The translations under genes were made by a program, and so were the position numbers. Positions 25,800-45,038 of a DNA stretch of 64,000 nucleotides are shown here, in pieces. This stretch comes from the human T2T-CHM13v2.0 reference genome, Homo sapiens. Within the stretch, counting starts at the first letter, position 1, and each line of letters opens with the position of its first letter. The notes below the pieces were generated by a model. That model was not told where the DNA came from, did no database searches, and saw nothing but the letters and a program-made list of their open reading frames with translations. The stretch lies in the NCBI RefSeq assembly GCF_009914755.1, contig NC_060925.1, one strand, 5' to 3'.

Positions 25800-27100
25800 A
25801 CAGGCTAAACACTCACGCATGCGCAGCCCACATGCCTATCAGACGGGATGAGGAAGAAGCAAAGAGAACCGTCCAGGGATAGTTGCCCAAACAAGTTCCG
25901 GCCCCGCCTCTATGTTAATGACATGCAGATATATGTAAATTTGTACAAGCAACCGCTCAAACCTTTGGGAGCAATGGGGTGACACAGGAGCAGTTGCTAT
26001 GGAAATCCAAAAGCGATACCCGCTCTGCACCCCCACCCCCCTCACAGGCAGGCGCACAGACACGTGCACAAAGACGCAGGGTTCTTCACTCCGGAGCCAA
26101 GAGGATCACGGAGTGGCAGAGTGTGAACCGGAAGGACCCTCAGAAACTGCGTCCAGCCGGGGGAAGCTCAGGCCCGAAGAAAGTCACCGGGAGAGCAGTG
26201 TCGCGATCCCTGGTAGCCTGGGGCGCCTTCCACTAAAACCCAGGGCGCGAGGTGTCCCTTCCGGGTCCCGGGCGATTCCGGCTCCGGCCTAGCAACAACA
26301 AGCCCCGCCCAGCGTTGCATAGCAACGTCCCTGGAGCCTAGCAACCGTCAGTCACGCCCCCTAGCAACGTCATGCCTAATCCTCGCTCCAGGCTTCTGCC
26401 GAGAGAGAGAGGGGCAAGGGGCTCGTGGACTGGGGCCAAAAGGTGGCGGGGGTGGGGGAGGGTGTCATGTTTAGCAGGCTGCAGGATTTCGGGGCCCACC
26501 TACAGCCCTTCCACGGGCGAGCTGTTACAGAGCCGCGTTATCACCCCCATTTACAGAAGGGAAAACTGAAGCTCCCAAAGGAAATCCCTGCCCAGGGTAC
26601 AGAGCTCGCTCTTGCCTGCGTGTTCCAGGAGAGCGGCTCTGGCGGCTCTCCGGAGGAAGCCCTGGGCCTGGAGGGGAGGGAGTGCACACCCGTTTCCCTC
26701 CATACCAACTGCATTAGGAAAACCACCCAAACTGTGGGCTCAGAACCAAGCTGTAGGTTTGCATAGTAATTTGCGTCATTTGCATAGAGCGCGGAGGCTG
26801 CGGCGCTCCCAGGCCATTTCGAGCCGGAAAAGTTCCCGAAGGAGCCCCGCTCCCTCTCCCGGTTCAACTGTCCAGCCCCCTCTCCCTACCCCTCACCCGC
26901 ACCCCACCCGCATCCTACCCCGCCCCCGCTTCCAACTCCTTGCGCTAAGTTCCCGCACCTCGCCCCACCCCCCGCTTTGACTCCGGTCCTGCCAGCCCCG
27001 ACCTCCATCCCAAGGCCGAGGGCCCCCTCTGCTGTCGTCCGCGGGTAGGGCAGCCGCAGAGCTCATGGGGCAGAGAAGAAGGGCTCCCCCAACCGACCAT
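25800..27100. promoter_or_regulatory. CpG-rich promoter-like island downstream of SPOCD1 with RFX, NRF1, GC-box and octamer motifs
   Basis: CGCATGCGCA (25816), X-boxes (25993, 26288-26368), CCCCGCCC (26303), ATTTGCAT (26778). Confidence 0.7.
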
Positions 27101-28089
27101 CGCCCCACCCCTTCCAGTCCAGCAGGGGCCAGGGTGAGGCCTGTACATGGGTGGACTTTGCGAAGGGGTGAGCAAAGAGCGGGTAGGGCCCTTCTGGCCC
27201 CGGGGCGAAGGGTGGGGTTCTAGAGAGGTTCTCTCCTGGAAGCCAGGCCCCTTTCCCCACGCTGGGTTGGTTGGCCCTGGCAGCTGGTTCCCCCATCAGT
27301 CCGCAGATGCAGCTCTCTCGAGGTACACCCCACATGAAACGCTTGACAGTTGCAGTTGCTGTTAGAAGCTTGTTCTAGGCCCAAGGCAAGGCAGCACCGT
27401 CCAACCCTAATACCAGTCTCCAACCCCACCCTGAATGCCCACCACCAAGGCTAAGACCTTTGACATTTTCTAACACCAGTCTCTGGAATCTGGCAAGAGA
27501 TACAGAGAGGAGTCACCCAATCTGGATCTCCTGACTTCCTCAACAGAGACCTACACACAGGCAGGCCATGAAACTCACACAGATACTCTCACATGCTTGC
27601 AGGCACACTAGTGCACAGAGATCCCTGAGAAGCACATAGACAGAGACTCGGAGGGAATATGGTGAAGGTATGTACTATCCTTCCCCATCTAGTCAAAGGA
27701 AAAAAAAATCTTAGTATTAACTGAAAAATTTAAAGTCCACTGCAACTTGCTTATCTTTTCCTCTCTAGCAATCTCTTGATGTCTGATGTCTGTGACCCTC
27801 CAAAAGGCTCTGTCCATTTCTCTCTCCACCCCCAACCTCGGTCCTACTTTCTTTCCCACCACCACCTCTTCCTCCTGGTTCAGAATACTTGCAAAATGCT
27901 TCCAGAAACCACCGTGGCAATAGCTGTGCCCTGGGGCGCAGTGATGGTTCAGGACCTCAGACCAGCAATGAGCAAGGCTGCACATTTGTGCACAAGACAC
28001 TCACTGACACACCCACTCAACCCACATCTGACCAGGACCAGGGGCTCTCCTGACCAGCTAGCAGATGCAATCCCAATTTTACCAAATTC

Positions 28090-28095
28090 TTTATT
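28090..28095 (-). terminator. SPOCD1: SPOCD1 polyadenylation signal AATAAA
   Basis: tttatt on the plus strand, ~157 nt past the stop codon. Confidence 0.85.
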
Positions 28096-28251
28096 GAACA
28101 AAAAATCAACAGCAAACATTGTCAAACAGGAAGCTCAAACAGGGCAGGTGGGTAGGGCTGACCATCCTCTCCTTGCAGTCCCACCTCTCTCTGGAACAGG
28201 CTTCAACACTAGTGAGGGCATCAAAACCCCTGTTCTGGTGGGTAAGGAGGG

Positions 28252-28959
<708 letters not shown>

Positions 28960-29783
28960 TCAGCTTAGCTGCAGCAGATCTGGAGCCTACATCCCAGGAA
29001 GGGCTTCTTCACAGTGAGATGGGGCCCATGAGATGCTGGGAAAAGTAAGTAGGAAGGTGGGGCTGTCTCGGAAGATTTGAGCTCTGCGGGATCAAGGCTT
29101 ATCTGGCTGAGGCTGGGGTATGGATTGTTTGACCTGAAGACTCTACAGACTCAAAGTCTACCTCATTGTCTCAGGACATGGAGCCCCAAAAGGCCAAGCG
29201 CTTTGCTCAGGAGTGGGCAAAGCGCCCACTGCCAACCTCGCTGCTTTCCTGAGCCACGCCGTGGAGGGTGTCCATGCACAGAGGCCGAGCTCGGCCCCCC
29301 GTGGCTGTGGCGAAACATCCCTCCCTCCTCTCTGAGGTGACATTTACAGTCAAGTGTGTGTAGGTCCTGACTCTGTCCTGCTGCCTGGGTCAAATGTGGC
29401 TGTCCCTGGAGTTTCTCTTCAGGGGTGCCTACCTTGAGAGGCAGTGTGGTGTGGTGGTTAGGGGCCAGGTTTCTGAAGCCATGTTGTGCTTCACACAACG
29501 TGTGAACAGAGTGAAGCCCAGTTCTGCTGTTGACTGACTGTGTGACTTTGGACAAGTCATTTGCCTTCTTCCTCCCTCAGATTCTTCTTCTATGAGATGG
29601 ACAGTCTAGTCTAATAGTACCATTCTCATAGGGTGATGAGACTACAAGAATTCATCTAGGTAAAGCTTTTAGAACAATGGCTGGCATGCAGTTCATGATA
29701 TCCAAGCGTGAGCTATTACTGTCATTGTACTCACATTTGCCTGGCTGGGTGAGGAGTTCCCTTCTGAGATGTGCCTGCCTCTA

Positions 29784-30194
<411 letters not shown>

Positions 30195-30260
30195 TCACAC
30201 AGTGAGTCTGCAGTCACTCTGGGAACTAGACCCAGATATCCAAGCCAGGCCTCTGCTCTA

Positions 30261-30416
<156 letters not shown>

Positions 30417-30779
30417 CTAGGGGCAGGAAGGATGGCCAGTCAGCTCCCCAGCTTCCCACCCACTCAGGGTGGACGCATTCCCAGCCACCTGGAAGGCTGC
30501 AGCCTGTGGCAAATATGGGCAGGCAGTGTTCCAGGACCCTCAGTGGCTGCCCAGAAAGCTCTAATTGCCCCATGGAGGTCTGCAGCCTGTACTGGCTAAT
30601 CTACAACTTCTCCAAAGCCCCTCCCTCCCTCCTCTATCCTCTGCTCTCATCCGACACTTTAGCTGATCATTAAGTCACTCAACGATCACTCCTAAAACCC
30701 TCCTTTGGGCCCTTCTTGCTATGGGTGACAGGGAGTCCTTCACCCTGTTTGTCTCTGTAGGAATGGGACCAACATCTCA

Positions 30780-31148
<369 letters not shown>

Positions 31149-31151
31149 TCA

Positions 31152-31971
<820 letters not shown>

Positions 31972-32061
31972 TTATTTTTCTCAATAATAAATGTTGTTTT
32001 ATTACCAAAATACTGTGAACTCATAAAGAAAATTTGGAAAACACCAAAACTTGAAAATTAA

Positions 32062-32458
<397 letters not shown>

Positions 32459-34142
32459 CTTTATAATCTTTTTCTATACACAGGGTTTGGGGGTCCTTTT
32501 CCTGAAACAGCTGGGATCATATATTCAACTTGGTGTTCTCTTTTTGTTCACTAATAATAGCAGAGGCATTTGTCACATCATATAGTCCCCGTAGACACTG
32601 CTGTGATGGGGTGAGACTGGAGTGGACGTCTCACCTCTGTTGCTATACATTTGGGTCATTTCCAGGTTTTCACTATTACTAAATAGCACTGAGGACATTT
32701 TTTGTGCAGAAAGTAGTTTCCTAAACTTTAAATTATGTCCTTAGGACAAGATTTCAGAAGCAGATGACAGAATCAGGGAGAAGGAACATTTTAAAGACTC
32801 TTGACGTCTATTGCCAAATCACTTTTTTTCCTCATACTAGAAATAGCTTTAAACATAAAACAATCATTGCTTTAGGAAGGTTTAAAGAGATTTTGAAACT
32901 CTACTCTTATCAGCCACCTCCAGAACAGTCTCAAAGCACAGGCTTTGGAGTCAGCCAGCCTGGGTTCAAATCTCAGCTTCCCCACTGCACATATGTGACC
33001 TTGGTGCCAGGTTCCTCATCCCAGAAATGGGCAGGGAATAGCACCAACCTCCTAGGCCATTGTGAGATGTGAATGAGACACTGCTTGTAAAAGGTGCACA
33101 CAGTAGGTGTTCAATAAACAGTAAAGATAGCTATCATGTGTTATTTTCCCCTCCCCTCCCCTCCCCTCCCACCTCCTCTCTCTCTTCCTCTCTGGGGCTA
33201 TCTAGGTCTTTCTCCTACATTGCCATTCAGTTTGTTCAGGGAATACAAACTGATTTAGACTGAGGAGCAGCCACACCCCTTAGGGATCCTCTTGGCACAG
33301 GTAGAGGTTCTCCCAGTCGTTGGCCTGAATATTAGTGGTAGGAGTGGGGAGCAGGGATTTCTGTCGTTCACTGTCACTTCCCCAGTGCCTAGAACCGTGC
33401 CTGGCACCTGGTAGGTGCCCCATAAATATACTGACTGACTGAATATAGTTAAAGGGACCTGCCCTGCACCCCTCTCCTGAACAGGCAGCTGATGAGACCC
33501 AGGTGAACATCTGACCCACAGAACATTCAACTACAGCCAGAGTGGCCTTCTGAGAGTGACCGAAGGAAGCCAAGGGAAAGTTCTAATCAACTGCAGGAGT
33601 CTGAGATGATGGCTTCATGGATTCTGGGGCTGCTGAGCCACCATGTCAGGCTATGTGCAAGCCAGGGCCAAGGGAGAGGAAGGAGCAGGATGGACATGAG
33701 GATGGAGCAGATCCTCAGCGCCAAGAGCCCTAGACTATTGTCACTCCCGTTGGCTTCCCAGGTCTGAGGACAAGTTCCAGGAGGCCCTCTGGATGGACTG
33801 CCAGGGTGCCGGGTGGTTCCCTGCCTGGAGCATCCCTAAACCAATCCACTGAATACAGTGGGTCTTCGTTCCTTCCATCTGAAAAAGTCACTGCCTGGAA
33901 CAGCGCAGCCTGCTGCTTCCCAGCAGAGATCTGGGCAGAATGCCAGGTTGGGGATGACTATGATGATGGGACTTAATACCACTCATGTGGGGGCCTTGGG
34001 GTGAGGCCAAAAGGAGGAGGACCGACAGTGACAAGGCGCTGGCAGGCCTGTGCCAGCAGCACTGTCCCACCCCATGTTCCCCTATGCGTTAAGGATCGCT
34101 GTCCCCGTTTTATCACAAACAAGGTGGGCCTCAGAGCAGTCA

Positions 34143-34394
<252 letters not shown>

Positions 34395-34964
34395 TTAGGG
34401 GGCCTCTGGCCATCAAAAGCCCAAGTGCTCACTTTCCTCCCTTGAGGCCCCTCTCTTGTGGTTCCCCTCTCCTCAAAACTTTTACTTCCGCCATACCCCT
34501 CCTCTGGGAAGCCCTCCACCCTTAGCGCTACCTCTCCGTATTCCACTGATTCACCCTTCAAGTCCTGCCTCCTCCGGGAAGCCTTCCCGGATTTCGCTTT
34601 CACTCACAGGTCAATTCAACCTCTGACGGTACCTCATCCTTTTCTGGGAAGGGTGTGGTGTTGCTGAAAGAGTGCAGGCTCTGGAGTTCCCACTGGGCCA
34701 TTAATAAAGATTCATAAGATGGTATGGCCTGGGGCAAGCACTTAGCTGCTCTAAGCCTCAGTTTATCTGTTCTGTAGGAATTTAATTTAAAGCACTATAT
34801 TAAACAACATATATAGAGTGCTTAGCCTGGAACATGGCTCATAGTAAATGCTAGTTGTGAGTCTTACTGTCGATCAATGTCACTCTATCTGCAATACTTC
34901 CTGAAAACCTGTCTCTCCTTTTCTAACAACCCCTGGAGAACAGGAGGTCTGCTCCTCTCTGGTG

Positions 34965-35140
34965 GGATCAGCCTCGTGGGCATGAGATCTGTGCAATCGC
35001 ACAGGGCCCTGCACTTAGGAGGCCCACGCTTGGTTTAGCGCTCTGTTGTTGTCACCTTGAAATTCTTAGCAGTTGTTGAACAAAGGGCCCCACATTTTCA
35101 TTCTGCACTGGCTCCCACAAATTACAAAGCCAGTCCTGAT
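34965..35140 (+). mobile_element. hAT DNA transposon remnant (MER91A-like)
   Basis: cacagggccctgcacttag...ccttgaaattctta...gaacaaagggccccacattttcatt. Confidence 0.6.
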
Positions 35141-35825
35141 CCCTGGCCCCCACAGAGCCTGGACAGAAGCTCAGCCTATAGTGGACAGATTCACCTGATG
35201 GACTCTTGGTTATTCATTCTAATCAGTTCAGTGTCTTCCAGAGCAGGGGCTGGAGTGCCTCGCCCCATCCCAGTGGCCTCAGCCCCTAAATCAGTCCCTT
35301 CTTCTCTCACTGGGCCACCAACAAACATGAGGTGAGCATTCTCCAAAGCCTGCTCAGTGCCACAGCTTCCCTGTCCCAGAGCAGTTCCCAGGCAGGGAGA
35401 GACCCATGGATACAGGGTATATGGGGACACAGCTGTGAACCCAGGGGCTATGGGGCCCCTCCCCCAACCTGGGGTACCAGGAAGACCTCCAGGCTTTTCC
35501 AGGGCATCTGAAGCTGGGATCGGAAAAGAGGTACCTCAGGACTCCGGACTCTAGGTCTCACCACAGTCCTCTCCCAAGCCCCCCACCCCACAGTCCAGCT
35601 CAACTGAAAACCAAGTGTGTCACATCTCTACCAAGCTCTCCATTCCCAGTCCCTTTCATTTCCACCCCTTCTCCTGTTTCTCTTGTGGGGAGGGTCTCTC
35701 TGACTCCCTATCTGCCTTCTCTGTTTCCTTGTTTCTGTCTTTCTGAATTCCTCCTCCCTCCCTCCCTGTCTCTGTCTCTCCCTCTTCCACTCTCAGGCCA
35801 CCCACTCTGCCCCTACATCCCCTCA

Positions 35826-36477
<652 letters not shown>

Positions 36478-37045
36478 TCACAACTGTGTAATTAGTGGCA
36501 AAAGCAAGATTTGAAACTCGACTGTCTGACTCACCAGCCTGTGCCCCGTCTCTGGCTCACGGGATGTGTGGAGGGGAGGAAGCCGGGGTCAGGTCAGAGT
36601 AAGGCAGGAGTCAGGGGGAGAGAATGGAGCCCTGGCCCTCGGTGTCATCTGTCATTGACTTGCTGTGTGGCCTTTGCAAAGTCCAACCCTCTCTGAGCCT
36701 TGGTCTCCCCATCAGCAAATGACAGCTCTGGGCTCAGATCTCTGAGCCGCTCCCAGCACACACTCTACGTGAAAGCATTTGCTGCGGGTGACATTGATGT
36801 GGATGGACCTGAGCCGAGGCTGAGAGCTGCAGCAGCTAAGTGGGGAAGCACAGCCTTAAAGCCAGAGAGACCCAGCTTCAAATTTCAGCTCTCCACTGGC
36901 TCTTGGTATGGGCAAGGGACCTGGCACAGCTACCAAATGGGGTTAGCCAGACACCCAGAAGCCCTTAGAACATGGCAGGGCCCCGGAGGCGGGGGCATGT
37001 GAGGGCGGCCCTTGGGATGTCAGGGGAGTGGGGAGCAAGGCCTCA

Positions 37046-37147
<102 letters not shown>

Positions 37148-37238
37148 TCACAGGCTCCCAGGGGTGCCCAGGGGAAAGGGGAGGGGGCTGACTCAAGGCT
37201 GATGGGTTTAGGCAGACAGGAGAGGGGTCCCACCCTCA

Positions 37239-38012
<774 letters not shown>

Positions 38013-38074
38013 TCAGTGACATCTCTGTGAATCAGGTGTGAAGGTGCCTCTCTCAGCAGGATTAAATGACGTCA

Positions 38075-38317
<243 letters not shown>

Positions 38318-39309
38318 TCAGAGTGCTCGCCTCATCTGTAATTGTTGAACATCTCTCTCCCACTGGAGTGTAAGCTCCGTGAGGATAGAGAACATGCCTG
38401 TCCTGGTCCCCGCTGTATTTGCAATGCTTGGAAAAGGCCTGGCACATAGTGTTCAGTGAAAGTTTGCTACCTGGCTAGCCTCTGTCCCAGGAGAGGGGCC
38501 TGTCTCCATCCGCATCCTTTCTCAACTTCCCCCTTAACCCCCAGTCACATTCATAGTTAACTGAACTCTGTGCCAGGACCCTCTCACTCTTCTTCTGACC
38601 ACAGATGCATCTCATCAGGAGGGACATACCTTGTTCTGACTCCCCCTCCTCCTGCTCAAAGCTCTGTCATGCCCCTTTCAGGGGTCACTGACTTGTTGTC
38701 TGCCTCTCCCTTGAAGCAGCCAAATGCAGGCATCTGTAAGGCTTACACTCTGTAAGGCTGCTGATCACTCCCCTATTGCCCATAAAAGAAATCCCTTCAT
38801 GACCATTTCAAGGTGCAAAGTAGATTTTGTTCTTCTAATGAACTACGGAATCTGTCCCGCTCGGCTTTTTGCTATGGCTGCCAGGAAGCTCAGTGTTAAC
38901 TTTGAGCCTGGCAGGTGTACCTTTCCAGGATTGGTAGAGAGCAAGGTGTTGTTGTAACAAGATCCCCCACCTCCTTCCTCTTTTCTTGCTTTCTTTAGGC
39001 TTTTAGCCCATTTTAAGTGTGTTTCAATTCTTTTCATTTATTGCAAACCACAGGGAATTGTTTTAAAAGTAGGTGAGTCTGAAAACTAATCCTTGAATGA
39101 ATGATCATGAAATGGTCAGGTTCCAAGGTCTGCAGGAAACTAAAAGTCTAAGATCCAACATTATAGAGGGAGGGGAGCACTAGGATCCACTGGGGGAGGG
39201 CAGGCTGGGTGGGGGTAGGATCTCCACATCTACTGTGGAGGAGCCCTCCCACTCCACCCCACCTGAGGCAAGGGAGAAAGAAAAGCAATAATAAAATGTA
39301 AAAACCTAC

Positions 39310-39351
39310 GTAGCACACAAGCTTCACTCCATGGGGTATTTTCACTTCCTC
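39310..39351 (-). CDS. SPOCD1: SPOCD1 exon 3, 42-nt micro-exon (EEVKIPHGVKLVCY)
   Basis: Polypyrimidine tract plus aag| acceptor, TAC|GTAGGT donor. Confidence 0.88.
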
Positions 39352-39512
39352 CTTGGAGAGAAAGAGGATGCAGAGATTAGAATCCAGAGGACCCAGCCAC
39401 CCCATGGCAGGGAATTCACAAAAAGAAGACAATCTTGTTGAAAGGGTGTGTGTTCAGTGTTCACTGAGTTGTACTTACAGCAAAAAGTTGTCCATCAAAG
39501 GGGAAATGGTTA

Positions 39513-39864
<352 letters not shown>

Positions 39865-41112
39865 CTACGAATTCTATGTGGCTTATAAAGGGTAAGGAAG
39901 TCATCATAAAAATTACCACTTGTTGAGGGTTTATGAAGTAGCTGGCCCCACAGAAGCACATCATTCATGCTATTAAGGTCTCAGAATGACACCATGAGGT
40001 ATATACTATTTCTATCCCCATTTTACAGATGAGGAAACTGAGGCTCCAAGAGGATCTGAAAAGTCCTATAGCTGCTAAGCTGCAGAGCTAGTATTAGAAC
40101 CTAGCTCTGTCTGACTCCAAAGCCCAAGCACTTAGCTGCGGGGCTATGTGGAGACATGGAAAGATTCATGGAAAGATGTCAAGAAGTATTATTGGGAGAA
40201 AAAGAAAAAATAGGTTACAGAACAATATCTGTTGCATAAGCCCATTTATGTAAATATATATTTACAGATACATAATAGAGGTTATCTCTGGGGAATGAAA
40301 TTCCAGGGAGACTTTCACTTTCTACTTGTAGGAACTTGGGTATTCATGTTATTCAAAACGAGCGTGTATTTCTTTTACAACCGGAAACATGTTTTTTTAT
40401 TAAAAACAAGTTCAGAACAATACGTGTGGTGTGCTACCATTCGCGTTACAGACAGAACGAATTTTAAAATTTGTATTTGCTGGAATACACATAAAATATC
40501 ACAGGAAGTATCTGCAAGAACCTATCTAACCCAGGCTGCCAGTAGGGAAGCAACTGGGTGCCGGGAAAGATGAGTTTCACTTTTTTTGTTTTTTTGAACC
40601 ATGGAAATGAATCAGCCTTTCAAAAAAGTAAACTGAGAAAGAGGCAGAAAAAAAAAAAACAAAGAAAACAGGGGTGTGGGAAGAATATCAAGACCAGCCC
40701 TTCACAGTTCAAAGCCTTTTGGCTGGCCCGTCTCAGGGGTCCTAACGTCCATGTTATGAGGCTCCAAAACAACAGGCAGGAGAATGAGATGAGCGAAGCC
40801 TTTCAACACTGGACTATCAGACCAGAATACAAACTATGTATGTATAATATGTTTAAAGAAATAAAAGAAGGAGACGAACACATGAGTGAAGGACAAAAAA
40901 ACTACAAAAAACAACCGGGCAGATTTGATCGGGAACCAAACACGACTTCTGGGAATGAAAAATATAACGATCTTAATTAAAATTTAAAAACTCAATATAT
41001 AGATTTAATAGCATATTAGATGCAGCTGAAACAAATTAGCTAACTGGACAACACATTTAAATAAATTAAATGTGTTGCACTTTGTGAACACTGTGAAGCA
41101 CTAAGAGACACA

Positions 41113-41548
41113 TCACGCCTGTAATCTCAGCACTTTGGGAGGCCGAGACAGGAGGATCGCTTGAGGCCAGAAGTTTGAGAGCAGCCTGGGAAACATAGCG
41201 AGACCCTGTCTCTACAAAAACAAGAAAAAAAAAAAAAATAGCCAGGCATGGTGGTGTGTACCTGTAGTCCCAACTACTCAGGAGGCTGAGGCGGCAGAAT
41301 TGTTTGAGCCGGAGAAGTCAAGGCTGCAGTGAGCTATGATCACACCACTGTACTCTAGCCTGGGTGACACAGCAAGACACTGTCTCAAAATAAAGGAAAG
41401 GAAAGGAGAGGAGAAGAAAAGAAAGGAGAAGAAAGGAAAGGAAAGGGAAAGGAAAGGAAAGGAGAAGAAGGAGGAGGAGGAGGGAAAGAAAGAAGAAAGA
41501 AAGGTAGGAAGAAAGAAGGAAGGAAGGAAGAAAGGAAGGAAGGAAGGG
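41113..41548 (+). mobile_element. 5'-clipped AluJ-like element followed by a ~155-bp GA-rich polypurine tail
   Basis: Alu body 41113-41391; GGAAA/GAAG repeats to 41548. Confidence 0.88.
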
Positions 41549-42568
41549 TGAAAATGATTAATCTAAAGTTCCAGAAGGAGAGAGGAAAGAGAATGGGTAG
41601 AAGCAGTGTTTAAAGAAATAGGGCTAAGAATTTTTCAAAATTGATAAAAGACAAAAATTTACAGATTCAAAAAGCTCAGTGAATCTCAAACAGAATAAAT
41701 AAAAGGAAATTCATACCTAGACACATCAACACTCATGATAAGGAGATCCTTACACGCATAAAGAGAAAAAATAATAGCTAACACTTGACTAGCACTTAAA
41801 ATGTGCTACATCTGTGGCAAGTGCTTTACATATTAGTTAATTTAATCCTCACCATAATCTTATGAGGTACTGGTACTGTTATCTCCCCCATTTTACAAAA
41901 GAGGAAACTAAGGCACATAGAGGCACAGGGAGGTTAATCAGCTTGCCCAATGTCACACAGCTAGAAAACCAAAGAGCTGGGATTTAAATCCAGACAGTCT
42001 GATTCCAGAGGCCATAACTTCAACTACTATTCTATGATCCCATTCACCAAAATACCTTTCATCTATAAAGGAATGGCAATTAGACTAACAGCTACTTTCT
42101 CAATAGTAATAATGAAAAGCAAAACATAAAAAAATAATATTTTCAATGTGCTTAAAGAAAATAACTATCAATTGTGGACCCAGACAAAATACTTTTCAAG
42201 AATAAGGAAGAAATAAAGATACTGTAGAGAAAAATCAAGAGAGCTGTTATTTTTCTTGATAATTTTGCTTTGCTCAATAAACAAAATGCTAAAAGATAAA
42301 CCTGAGGCAGAAGGAAGGAAAAACAATCCCAGATAGATAAGATGAAAGGAAGAATTTTGAGCAAAGAAAATGATGAAGATGTTGTTAAATCTAAATAAAC
42401 ATTGATTGTATGAAACTATAATAACAGTGTGTAATTTGGGGATTTTTTAAAAAAAAAGATAGGACTAATTTACTGGATAACAACAACACACAAATTGGAA
42501 AGGTACGCGCTTGGAATTAGAGCATTCCAAGATCCCTATATCATTTTGGAGTAAGACAAAGATTGTAA

Positions 42569-42928
<360 letters not shown>

Positions 42929-43089
42929 TGTGCTCAAATTTCTAAGAGAACCACCAAAAAAATATAAACTGAGGATAGGAAACATCTAAACTACTAGAGG
43001 GATAAAAAGGAGTAAGAAAAAATAATCCAAAAGGAGGCAATGAAAGGGAGAAAGTGCTGAAATGCAAAACATACGCAAAGCACAAAACA

Positions 43090-43379
43090 GGCCGGGTGCA
43101 GTGGCTCACACCTGTAATCCCAGCACCTTGGGAAGCTGAGGTGTGAGGATTGCTTGAGCTCAGGAATTCGAGACCAGCCTGGCCAACACAGCCAGACCCT
43201 GGCCCTACCAAAATTTTTTTTTAAAGAGCCAGGCACAGTGGCATGCACCCGTAGTCCCAGCTACTTGGGAGGCTGAGGTGGGAGAATTGTGAGCCCGGGA
43301 GATCAAAGCTGCAGTGAGCTATGATCACGCCACTGCAGTCTAGCCTGGGCAACAGAGTGAGACTGTGTCTCAAAAAAAA
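43090..43379 (+). mobile_element. Alu (AluJ-like)
   Basis: Full Alu; imperfect TSD aaagcaca(a/g)aa. Confidence 0.9.
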
Positions 43380-44050
43380 GCACAGAATAAAATGGTAGGA
43401 GTAGATGTAAATAAATCAGTAACTATAACAAATGTAAATGTACTAATACTTCAGAAAAATACAAAAATTATCAGACCTTTAAGGAAAGAAAATACAGTTA
43501 TAAAGTCTTTATGAGACCCATTTCTAAAACATAATTATGCAAAAAGGTTAAAATAACAAAATGGAATAATATACGAACAGGCAAATAACCAACCAAAATA
43601 AAGCTTTGTAGCTATATTAATAATCAGATAAAACAGATTTTAAGGCAAAAAATCATTAGAGGGCAAAGACTGACTACATAATGATATGTAGTTTTACCAG
43701 GAAGCTATAACAACTCTAAACTTATAAGCATCTAATAGCATAAGCTCAAAAACTATAAAGCAAAAAAAAAACTACAAGCAAAAAGACAAATCCACCATGA
43801 GAGCAAGAAAATTTCATATATCTCTCTAACTATTGATAAATAAAGCTGACAAAATAATCAGTAGGAATAAAAAATAATTAATGAAATCAACAAGCTTCAT
43901 CTGTACATATATATAAATATATACGGAATATTAATCCTAATAACTAGAGAATACATATTATTTTCCAGTATACATGCAACATATATAAAAATTGAGCAAA
44001 GCCTGGGCCAAAAAGCAAATATCAACAAATTTCAAAAGACTTTTTTAGAT

Positions 44051-44655
44051 CAGCACTGCCCAACAGAAACATAAGCCACATGTGTACTTTTAAATATGGT
44101 AGCCACATTTTAAAAAGTGAAATTAATTTTGTAGTTTCTTTAATTCATCATATCCAATATATTATCATTTCAACATGCAATCGATATGAAAACTTTTTTT
44201 TTTTTTTTGAGACGGAGTCTCACACTGTTGCCCAGGGTTGGAGTGCAGTGGTGCGATCTCGGCTCACTGCAGTCTCCGCCCCCGAGGTTCAAGCGATTCT
44301 CCTGCCTCAGCCTCCTGAGTGGCTTGGATTACAGGTGCCCACCACCACGCCTGGCTAATTTTGTTTGTTTGTTTGTTTTCAGTAGATACAGGGTTTCACT
44401 ATGTTGGCCAGGCTGGTCTCAAACTCCTGACCTCATTATCCGCCCGCCTAGGCCTCCTAAAGTGCTGGGATTACAGGCGTGAGGAACCGCGCCCAGCCAT
44501 GAACAACTATTAATGAAATGTTTACTTTTTTTTGTACTGAGTCTTTGAAATTCAGTGTATATTTTACACTTACAGTACATCTCAATTTGGACTAACCAAA
44601 TTTCAAGTGTTCAATAGACACAAGCGGCCAGTGGCTATCAGACTGGATAACTCAG
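44051..44655. mobile_element. MER33-like hAT-Charlie element split by a minus-strand Alu (44194-44498)
   Basis: cagcactgcccaacagaaa...agccacat...ttttacacttacagtacatctcaatttggact...gtggcta termini and internal words. Confidence 0.7.
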
Positions 44656-44751
44656 ATAAAGACCAACTTCTCAGACCACAATATCATTAAGTTAGAAGGC
44701 AATAAAGACAAAAGCAACAAAATATGTTTGGAAATTAAGAAATACACTCTT

Positions 44752-45038
44752 AGCCAGGCGTGGTGGCTCACGCCTGTAATCCCAGCACTTTGGGAGGTCA
44801 GGCGGGTTGATCACCTCAGGTCAAGAATTTGAGACCAGCCTGGCCAACATGGCAAAACTCCATCTCCGTGCTAAAAATACAAAAATTAGCCAGACGTGGT
44901 GGCACACGCCTGTGATCTCAGCTACTTGGGAGGCTGAGGCATGGGAATTGCTTGAAGCTGGGAGGTGGAGGCTGCAGTAAGCCAAGATAGCACCACTGCA
45001 CTCCAGCCTGGGGGATAGAGCCAGACTCTGTCTCAAAA
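44752..45038 (+). mobile_element. Alu (AluSx-like)
   Basis: Full Alu; only four A before the G-rich tract. Confidence 0.9.

Noticed and set aside
26288-26370. Short repeats with unique spacers resembling a mini CRISPR array
   Set aside because: Repeats are only 7-9 bp with irregular spacing in human DNA and match RFX half-sites; no cas genes.
26700-26900. Octamer cluster as a possible snRNA-gene distal element
   Set aside because: No recognisable PSE or snRNA/tRNA body nearby.
38700-38960. Unique intronic block with palindrome TGTAAG-G-CTTACA and short ORFs, as a possible cryptic exon or RNA gene
   Set aside because: No convincing splice pair or RNA-family motif recognised; cannot be supported without conservation data.
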